A DNA stretch of 39,646 nt from a virus. The stretch lies in the IMG/VR virus record IMGVR_UViG_3300037461_000591. One strand, given 5' to 3'. Under the pieces are notes generated by a model that worked only from the letters and a program-made list of their open reading frames with translations, was not told the origin of the DNA and did no database searches. Below are positions 33,857 to 39,646 of this stretch, in pieces; the stretch's first letter is position 1, and each line of letters opens with the position of its first letter. The position numbers were made by a program, and so were the translations under genes.

Positions 33857-35149
33857 TTATACTACATCCCCCTGGTCGTTGTCCGTCCCTGTCAGATATG
33901 CTACAAGCCATACAAGAGCATCTATCCTGTTCGGGCTCTTTCCCTCTTTAGGTATCCATGTACACATCTCATCTTCAAGTTTTGGAAGTGAACCGACATG
34001 ATGAATCCTCTTTTGTTCATAAAGAGACTGAACAGGCTCGGCCCTTGTCACCTTGCCCCGTGAAGCCCATACCCCTTTATAAGAGACATTGCGGTCAATC
34101 TGACGAATGACTGTCTCTACCAGGTCGCCTCCGTTATTTGTCTCAGCAACTATACGATCGAGTTTCTGTTTGTTATAAACGTCAATAGCTTTACCGGCCC
34201 AGACAAGCGGAGAGAATATCCCGGAGAGGTCTTCAGTTATATATATCTCTCCCATAGCATCCATGCCACCTATCATAATACCACACTCGTCGGATTCATC
34301 TGTAGAAGTTACTGAGGGGTCTATTGCTACAGCTGCCTTAACAAGCTCAGGACACTTGAACACACGTGAAGCATCAATCATCTTCAGTGACCACAATGCC
34401 CCCTCAATATCCTCAAGTACCTCGGCGTTAAGTTCCTGACGTCCCAGCCGTGTTCCTTCATATTTCTTGACTATCGTATTGAGGAAGGCAGGAGCAAGGT
34501 TTTGAATGTTCTCGTAGGTAGTGCCGGATGTAACATATACTGTCGGGTCTTTGATCATTGCACGGATCATCTTTGTAGGCCGGGGCGTTGTCGTTGCTAT
34601 GACCCGCGGATGAGTGCCAAGACGGAGACCGAGCATCATATTATCCCATGTCTCCTCGGCATACCGCCATGAGGCCAGCTCGTCGCACCAGGCAGCATGA
34701 CACTGAGGACCACGCAACCTATCCGGCTCGTCAGCTGTGAAGATCAAAGCATGAGCCCCGTTTTTCCATGTGAGTTTACGTTTTGAAGGTTCATACTTTG
34801 GCATGTCCCAGGGAGGAGAACAGCGAAGTATCCCAGACTCCCCTTCGATCATAATGTCACGGGCGTCGCCTGCTGTTGCTCCTATGAAGTGAAGAATAGG
34901 GTACTGATCTTTCCAGATACGCATTGTCTCAGCTCCCGTGCGGGTTTTCCCGTTTCCGCGGCCTGCCTTGATGAACCATACTGTCCAGTCACCGGGAGGC
35001 TCGATCTGCGAAGGTCGTGCGTTGAGCGACCAGCGATACTGAGCTACCTGGAGAAGCTGATTAAGCTCTGTCTTTGCTTCCGGTCTTAATGAGCTTACTA
35101 ATTCTCTTGATAAGTTCATCATCAGACAAAGTATTAAAACTATTACCAT
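33857..35149 (-). CDS. terL: Terminase large subunit
   Basis: It has a Walker A-like KAGRGNGKTRTGAE, a Walker B-like region, and a C-terminal nuclease-like part. The real start is probably an internal Met at 35122 or 35119. Confidence 0.88.
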   Translation of the reverse strand: MVIVLILCLMMNLSRELVSSLRPEAKTELNQLLQVAQYRWSLNARPSQIEPPGDWTVWFIKAGRGNGKTRTGAETMRIWKDQYPILHFIGATAGDARDIMIEGESGILRCSPPWDMPKYEPSKRKLTWKNGAHALIFTADEPDRLRGPQCHAAWCDELASWRYAEETWDNMMLGLRLGTHPRVIATTTPRPTKMIRAMIKDPTVYVTSGTTYENIQNLAPAFLNTIVKKYEGTRLGRQELNAEVLEDIEGALWSLKMIDASRVFKCPELVKAAVAIDPSVTSTDESDECGIMIGGMDAMGEIYITEDLSGIFSPLVWAGKAIDVYNKQKLDRIVAETNNGGDLVETVIRQIDRNVSYKGVWASRGKVTRAEPVQSLYEQKRIHHVGSLPKLEDEMCTWIPKEGKSPNRIDALVWLVAYLTGTDNDQGDVV

Positions 35150-35468
35150 TGTTTGTGAGATCTAACTGTTGTGTTTCAATATATCCTCGTTTCTTTCCCT
35201 TAGTCTTTAAAAAAAATATCGTAGCGATTGTATCTTTATCCTGTATCTGTTTATGAAGCATTGATTCAGCAAAATCAAGAGTTACCTCTGCAATATCATC
35301 TACTGCGGCTTTATACTTAATATCAGCCTTATACCAGTCATAATGGGTACTTCTCTTGATACCAACTTTCTCACACGCCAACGTAATAACACCAAGTGCT
35401 TTAATAAGAGCTTTTATCATCTCTTTCTTTTTTAAGGCCGTTTGTTGTTTAGTGTAAGACATTGCCAT
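35061..35468 (-). CDS. terS: Terminase small subunit (HTH-containing)
   Basis: 135 aa, lying directly upstream of and overlapping terL. The N-terminal HTH-like segment is ITLACEKVGIKRSTHYDWYK, followed by ...IFFLKTKGKKRGY. Confidence 0.7.
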   Translation of the reverse strand: MAMSYTKQQTALKKKEMIKALIKALGVITLACEKVGIKRSTHYDWYKADIKYKAAVDDIAEVTLDFAESMLHKQIQDKDTIATIFFLKTKGKKRGYIETQQLDLTNNGNSFNTLSDDELIKRISKLIKTGSKDRA

Positions 35469-35988
35469 TCTTTCTAATTACTATCTCAGGATCGAGCTTT
35501 CTCATCCTGTCTATTATTACCTGACAGTATTTAGGGTCAATCTCCATTCCGTAACACTTTCGGTTGAGTTGATGTGAGGCTATCATTGTCGTCCCGCTTC
35601 CCGCAAACCCATCAAGAACAATATCTCCCTCCTTGGTGCTATTAGATATCTGATAAGCAAATAAACCCACTGGCTTCATAGTTGGGTGTTCTGCATTTCT
35701 ATTTGGCCTCTCAAAGTTTAACACAGTTGTTTGTTTTCTATCTCCATACCATCCATGCGCAGCACCCTCAACCCATCCATATAAACAAGGCTCATGCTTC
35801 CATTGATAATCCTGTCTCCCCATTACCATTGAGTTCTTAACCCACACCAAACACTGTTTCATCATTATCCCTGCCTCTTTCATTGCCCTTCTAAAATTGT
35901 ACCCCTCCGAATCAGCATGCCATATATATGAATATCTGATAATCTTATCTTCTTTGGAATCGTCATCAGATTGTAATATTAAATACTT
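35449..35988 (-). pseudogene. N6/N4 DNA methyltransferase lacking its N-terminal DPPY-containing region (truncated or remnant)
   Basis: The C-terminal part has the SAM motif VLDGFAGSGTTMIA and EHPTMKP. The frame is open upstream only to the stop at 35989..35991 and reads KYLILQSDDDSKEDKIIRYSYIWHADSEGYNFRRAMKEAG, with no DPPY and no ATG before 35883. Confidence 0.6.
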
Positions 35989-36119
35989 TCAATCAGCATC
36001 TTGAGTGAAAATGGTTTTTCACAACAGTAAAAAATAATTATAACTTAAATCACAGAGAAAATGAAATTAACTTATTAACATAGTTATCAACATATATAGA
36101 TAGTTAAATATACTACAAT

Positions 36120-36146
36120 AAAAAAAGCCTCCTGGTCAGGGAGGCT
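36120..36146 (-). terminator. Rho-independent terminator ending the early/middle transcription unit
   Basis: On the minus strand, AGCCTCC-CTGACCA-GGAGGCT is followed by TTTTTTATTG. It lies 54 nt downstream of the stop of 36200..36421. Confidence 0.8.
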
Positions 36147-36199
36147 CCGCTTAAAGATCAATGATTACTTTCTCATAGGCAAAGAATAACTGGTTAATA

Positions 36200-36421
36200 C
36201 TAGAACTTGACACCGTTAAAGACCGTGTCGGGCCATTTATCTTTGTCTGGCTCGTAAATATCTATAGATCGTTTCGATGCCAGGAACTCTATATTGTCGT
36301 CTCTGAGTAACAGATAATACCGATCTTCTTCGACAATCTCATAAACCCCTTTCAGTGGATCCCCGTTTTTCTTTGGAGGGTGTATCTCAAAATAAGCAAG
36401 GCCGGGTTTATAGTCTGTCAT
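36200..36421 (-). CDS. Hypothetical protein, 73 aa
   Basis: ORF track; last gene before the terminator. Confidence 0.65.
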   Translation of the reverse strand: MTDYKPGLAYFEIHPPKKNGDPLKGVYEIVEEDRYYLLLRDDNIEFLASKRSIDIYEPDKDKWPDTVFNGVKF

Positions 36422-36443
36422 TTGACTGGTTCTTTAGAGGGAG

Positions 36444-36785
36444 TTATTCATCCTGCCCATACTCGGGAATATCGTCTGATTCTTTTGGTTGATTAAGTGC
36501 CAGTTTATTTTTTTCCATAAATTCCCGCACGTCCCATGCAGACAGTGGCGCACAATGAAGCATCTTAGCCCAATGCTTTGCGACCTCTTCCGTGACAGGA
36601 TTTATAGCGTATATGGCAGCATGACCAAGTAGCCGACTAAATCCCGGATTATGTTCTGTTTCGGGTACATCAATACGAAGCATATTAGCCCCTGCAATGT
36701 TCTGCTCTGAACATTTACCTGCAATTCTGTTATGACCGAACAATTCTACGATTGCCCATGATTCAAATTTTTCTGTTAAATCCAT
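36444..36785 (-). CDS. Conserved phage hypothetical protein, 113 aa
   Basis: The pattern VELFGHNRIAGKCSE...MLRIDVP...AIYAINPVTEE recurs in many unrelated phages, to my recollection. Function unknown. Confidence 0.7.
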   Translation of the reverse strand: MDLTEKFESWAIVELFGHNRIAGKCSEQNIAGANMLRIDVPETEHNPGFSRLLGHAAIYAINPVTEEVAKHWAKMLHCAPLSAWDVREFMEKNKLALNQPKESDDIPEYGQDE

Positions 36786-36814
36786 CTTTCTTGTTATTAG
36801 TTTGTTTCTTTAGC
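36783..36814 (-). repeat. Junction repeat copy A (30/32 identical to 37637..37668)
   Basis: catctttcttgttattagtttgtttctttagc. The 24-nt core 36791..36814 is identical to 37645..37668. It spans the start codon of 36444..36785 and the last six codons plus stop of the radical SAM gene. Confidence 0.9.
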
Positions 36815-37639
36815 TAATTTATATTTTAAATATCCTTCAATTATAAAGTATTCATCACTACAAGTGCCATCTGTAAAATAATTAAGAGAATTACAACTTG
36901 TTTCTACTGTTCTCCAAAAAACAACATCTTTCCCATATACATTAAATTGTTGTGCGCCACAAAATTGTCCTGTTTGTCTATAATTATGAGAAAAATTCTT
37001 ACAATATTCTTCAAATAAATCAATATCTTCTTGAAGAAAACTTAATCTTGTATCTGTTGAAATTCTTCGTATCTGAATGTATTTTACATTGGGGAATTTT
37101 GCTGTAAACACTATAAGATTATAAACTTCGTTAATATTATACCGGTTTAAAACAATAGAAATACGCACATTCTCCCCTGATTGTGGTATGATCTTGTCCC
37201 ATCGGGGTATTTTTTTAGTTGTCATAATCTTATAATTTGTGGCAGGATTTAATGTGTGTATTGAATAACCTATTTCTCCATGCATTTTTTGTATAGACAA
37301 TATTTTTTTCTCAGCTAAATATCCATTTGTACGTACTCCCACAATAAACCCGTATGTTTGTAGGTGATCTATAATTTCGTCAAGATACTTATATTGTAAT
37401 CCATCGGCAGTTTGTCCTGTTAAATATAGTTTATCAATATTATTATCTCGACATTGTTGTAAAAATAACCCAAAATTTAACCAATTATTAAAATGAACAT
37501 TAAGTTGATTTTTCCCCTGTAATTCACATTGAATGTCCTTGCCTAAACAAAAATAGCAATCCACATTACACCTTCCTAACAAATTTATGTTAGCGAATGA
37601 ATACTTGTCCCTTTTTCTATTTTTATTTATTACTTGCAT
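36797..37639 (-). CDS. Radical SAM protein, 280 aa (subfamily not recognised)
   Basis: It has the CX3CX2C site in LLGRCNVDCYFCLGKD and a GGEP-like LYLTGQTADGL. It is very AT-rich. Confidence 0.75.
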   Translation of the reverse strand: MQVINKNRKRDKYSFANINLLGRCNVDCYFCLGKDIQCELQGKNQLNVHFNNWLNFGLFLQQCRDNNIDKLYLTGQTADGLQYKYLDEIIDHLQTYGFIVGVRTNGYLAEKKILSIQKMHGEIGYSIHTLNPATNYKIMTTKKIPRWDKIIPQSGENVRISIVLNRYNINEVYNLIVFTAKFPNVKYIQIRRISTDTRLSFLQEDIDLFEEYCKNFSHNYRQTGQFCGAQQFNVYGKDVVFWRTVETSCNSLNYFTDGTCSDEYFIIEGYLKYKLAKETN

Positions 37640-37668
37640 CTTATTTGTTATTAGTTTGTTTCTTTAGC
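37637..37668 (-). repeat. Junction repeat copy B
   Basis: catcttatttgttattagtttgtttctttagc. It spans the start codon of the radical SAM gene and the stop region of the nucleotidyltransferase gene. Confidence 0.9.
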
Positions 37669-38758
37669 GGGGGTTACGCATTTCTATTAAAAGATTGTGT
37701 ACGAATTTAGGATTAACATGAGTTGGTAATTCTGACCTCTCGAATGCCTCATCCATTTGAACTTTTTTTTGTTCTATCAATCCGATTATTTCTTCATAGC
37801 TCGCCTCCCCACGTCTGACACTCAGTAGCCATTCTCTATTAGGACGGACAAGATTGATTCCCTTGCCTTGTGCTACTTCAATAGCCATATCAAGCATCCG
37901 TAAACAATGCATAAGGTTCTTTCCATCATAACCTTTGCCATGCTGTGCGTTATCGTTATATCGCACCGGATTACGTTTTTCCACCCACTCCCAATATTCT
38001 TTATATTCCTTGCAATATTGAGAATACCCGTTAAGATTGTAGTAAAGAAATCCCTCTAACATAAGACCTTTGGGAATTTCACTATGCCGTAATTGGTTGC
38101 TTTCATCTAATTCTATCCCCCTAAAGTTGTGTGTTTCTATATCGGCATATCGGGGATTCTCATTCTTGGTTTCTGCAAGATAGTCATAGTAAACCTTATA
38201 AATTTGTTCACCATTAGGAAGTTCGGCTAATCCACAAAATTCCTGTTTCTTTTTATGCTTATCTAACCACTGTTTTGCCAACATGGTATATCCATCTTCC
38301 TTTTCAAAAATATAGCAGAAGTCTAAAGGTGTTTTGCGTTCCTTATCTATCGGGTTAACTATTTTTTTATTCAGCCCCCTTGCTTTCTTTATTTGTGAGA
38401 TAGAATATCCACCAAAGGTATTACGGCACTTTGTTGTCAAAAACTTATCCTTATTATCATATAATAGTTTAATTTTGGGGGACATAAATAAAATCTTGTC
38501 TTTGGGCACGAATAATTCCTCAAGAATATTGGGGTTATTCTGTTCAAGTAAGTGAACGAACCTGTTAAGTTCATAATAAACTATATCACTTGTAGTATTA
38601 TTAATCTGTTCTGAATATCCTTTACCTAAAAGAAATTCATTAGGAAGCATATAAATCCCCCTAATGTCGGTATCGGATGTAGGTAAATCAAGTCCGTAAG
38701 CCTTGCTCCCAGCGATAACTTCATAAATTAAATATGGTCGAACTTCTTCTATTGTCAT
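37664..38758 (-). CDS. Pol-beta superfamily nucleotidyltransferase (PF10127 / RlaP-like)
   Basis: 364 aa. The N-terminus VIAGSKAYGLDLPTSDTDIRGIYMLP matches the GS..YG....SD.D.RG signature of this family. Confidence 0.7.
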   Translation of the reverse strand: MTIEEVRPYLIYEVIAGSKAYGLDLPTSDTDIRGIYMLPNEFLLGKGYSEQINNTTSDIVYYELNRFVHLLEQNNPNILEELFVPKDKILFMSPKIKLLYDNKDKFLTTKCRNTFGGYSISQIKKARGLNKKIVNPIDKERKTPLDFCYIFEKEDGYTMLAKQWLDKHKKKQEFCGLAELPNGEQIYKVYYDYLAETKNENPRYADIETHNFRGIELDESNQLRHSEIPKGLMLEGFLYYNLNGYSQYCKEYKEYWEWVEKRNPVRYNDNAQHGKGYDGKNLMHCLRMLDMAIEVAQGKGINLVRPNREWLLSVRRGEASYEEIIGLIEQKKVQMDEAFERSELPTHVNPKFVHNLLIEMRNPR

Positions 38759-38790
38759 CTTACTTGTTATTAGTTAGTTGTTTCTATTCT
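38756..38790 (-). repeat. Junction repeat copy C (degenerate, with a 3-nt insertion)
   Basis: catcttacttgttattagttagttgtttctattc aligns to copies A and B with an agt insertion and a few substitutions. This copy is entirely intergenic. Confidence 0.6.
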
Positions 38791-38801
38791 GTGGAATTAG
38801 T

Positions 38802-39287
38802 TTATTTTATTGTCTCTAACTGCTTTTGCAAACAGATTTCGAGTTCATCTATACATCTTTGTATCCTACAAAATTCACACTCTGGCTTATTACAATCACC
38901 AATACCTTCTATCCAATTAGGACAACTATCTGGTTGTTTCTTAAATAACAAATAGATAGCTTCATTTATTAATGTCTTCTCAATCATTTCATCGGTTATC
39001 TCTTGGCTCAAAGGATCAGGATGAGAGGAGAGGTAGTCGTCAACAAACTCTCCTAATCCCTTTAATGAATAATCTACCTTTAGTGCATTATGGAAAGTCC
39101 AATCAGCAAAATTTACAAGCTCTTCCCTCCGGTCTATTCTCTGACTGGCAATTACTTTATTTTCAAGCCACTCGGCATACATCTTAGTAAATGTAATTGG
39201 CTCATCTATAAAAGACGGTATTTCTGATCCCTTGCCAGTTTCGTTTTCAAATTTCTGTCTTATTTTTTTTCTTTCTGCTGTCTTCAT
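38802..39287 (-). CDS. Hypothetical protein with a C-terminal Cys cluster, ~161 aa
   Basis: ORF track 38802..39332. The start is moved to MKTAERKK (ATG 39287..39285), which forms a TAAGATG junction with the upstream stop. It has CPNWIEGIGDCNKPECEFCRIQRC. Confidence 0.65.
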   Translation of the reverse strand: MKTAERKKIRQKFENETGKGSEIPSFIDEPITFTKMYAEWLENKVIASQRIDRREELVNFADWTFHNALKVDYSLKGLGEFVDDYLSSHPDPLSQEITDEMIEKTLINEAIYLLFKKQPDSCPNWIEGIGDCNKPECEFCRIQRCIDELEICLQKQLETIK

Positions 39288-39288
39288 C

Positions 39289-39646
39289 TTATTGGTGTTT
39301 AAATTGGTTAGCATATTCTTCCATAGCTTCAATAATAAGAGGCCAATTATAGTTTACTGTTGTGCAATCAACGTGCTTTAGTAGAATTGAATCCGCTGTC
39401 ATCTCTGGCTCTACTGACTTAAATTGCTTGGCGTTCTTTGAAGTATCTGGAAATTGTTCTGTGATGTCTATTCTGTTAACATCAGGATTAAGTACGTTGG
39501 TGTCTTTTATGTTTGGATATACTGACTTAAACCGTGGTATTTCTTCACCAGCTAAATACCTTGAAAAGGTTTCACATCCCATACATGGATCGGTAAGGAC
39601 ACAAGTAACGGCGGTACTGTAAGGGCATGGATATAGTTTACTATTA
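39289..39646 (-). CDS. C-terminal part of the wrap-around gene that starts at 513
   Basis: The frame is open from the window end to the stop at 39289..39291. The ORF-track Met at 39582 is internal and equals position 63 in copy 1 of the overlap. Confidence 0.7.
   Translation of the reverse strand, partial: NSKLYPCPYSTAVTCVLTDPCMGCETFSRYLAGEEIPRFKSVYPNIKDTNVLNPDVNRIDITEQFPDTSKNAKQFKSVEPEMTADSILLKHVDCTTVNYNWPLIIEAMEEYANQFKHQ
39520..39646. repeat. Terminal direct repeat, copy 2 (identical to 1..127)
   Basis: Exact 127/127 match to the window start. Confidence 0.95.

Noticed and set aside
33846-33911. N-terminal extensions offered by the ORF track for the portal (MACSISDRDG...), terL (MVIVLILCLM...), 28974..29213, 38802..39332 and 13841..14176.
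   Set aside because: The extensions overlap the preceding gene or a terminator hairpin, and they have atypical composition. Internal Met codons give compact stop-start junctions consistent with the rest of the genome.
35990-36120. A canonical host-type promoter for the late operon.
   Set aside because: Only weak matches were found, each with two or more mismatches or lacking a -33 partner: TATATTTA directly after the terminator, and TTTC-N20-TATTTTTT. I did not annotate a promoter here.

Overview
The window is a complete, gene-dense genome of a tailed dsDNA phage. The unit length is 39,519 bp, and the first and last 127 bp are identical, so the contig closes on itself. The phage has an HK97-type head module and a long non-contractile (siphovirus-like) tail module. 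Every credible gene is on the minus strand, so transcription runs from high to low coordinates.

Late unit, about 35988 to 15186: an N-terminally truncated DNA methyltransferase remnant, TerS, TerL, portal, MuF-like head protein, HK97 prohead protease, major capsid protein, a signal-peptide protein, head-tail connectors, two paralogous TP901-1-like tail tube proteins, a G/GT tail chaperone with a clean -1 frameshift site, tape measure, a 1118-aa Dit-like baseplate protein carrying carbohydrate-binding-like modules, a tail fibre, a LamG plus beta-propeller glycosidase-like protein, an amidase endolysin, two holin-like proteins and a candidate unimolecular spanin. Terminators follow.

Early/middle unit, 14869 down to 1, wrapping through the contig junction down to 36200: a Cro/CI-like HTH, a Rad50/SbcC-like ATPase with RecT and an MBL nuclease, a replication initiator with in-gene iteron-like repeats, DnaB, and many small Cys-rich proteins. 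It also holds a six-gene operon (SAM-methyltransferase, deacetylase, membrane protein, GT-like protein, membrane protein, DUF5131) and a Pol-beta nucleotidyltransferase plus radical-SAM module.

I recognised no integrase, tRNA, rRNA, CRISPR array or reverse transcriptase. Three promoters of the TTTG-N20-TAnnTTTG type and the lack of Shine-Dalgarno sequences point to a Bacteroidota host; this is inference.

The best candidates for undescribed biology are the two accessory enzyme modules (2392..5707 and 36444..38758). Each contains a radical-SAM-type protein. The second is AT-rich and its radical-SAM gene is bracketed by near-identical 32-nt junction repeats. All family assignments are from motif recognition by eye; no searches were run.
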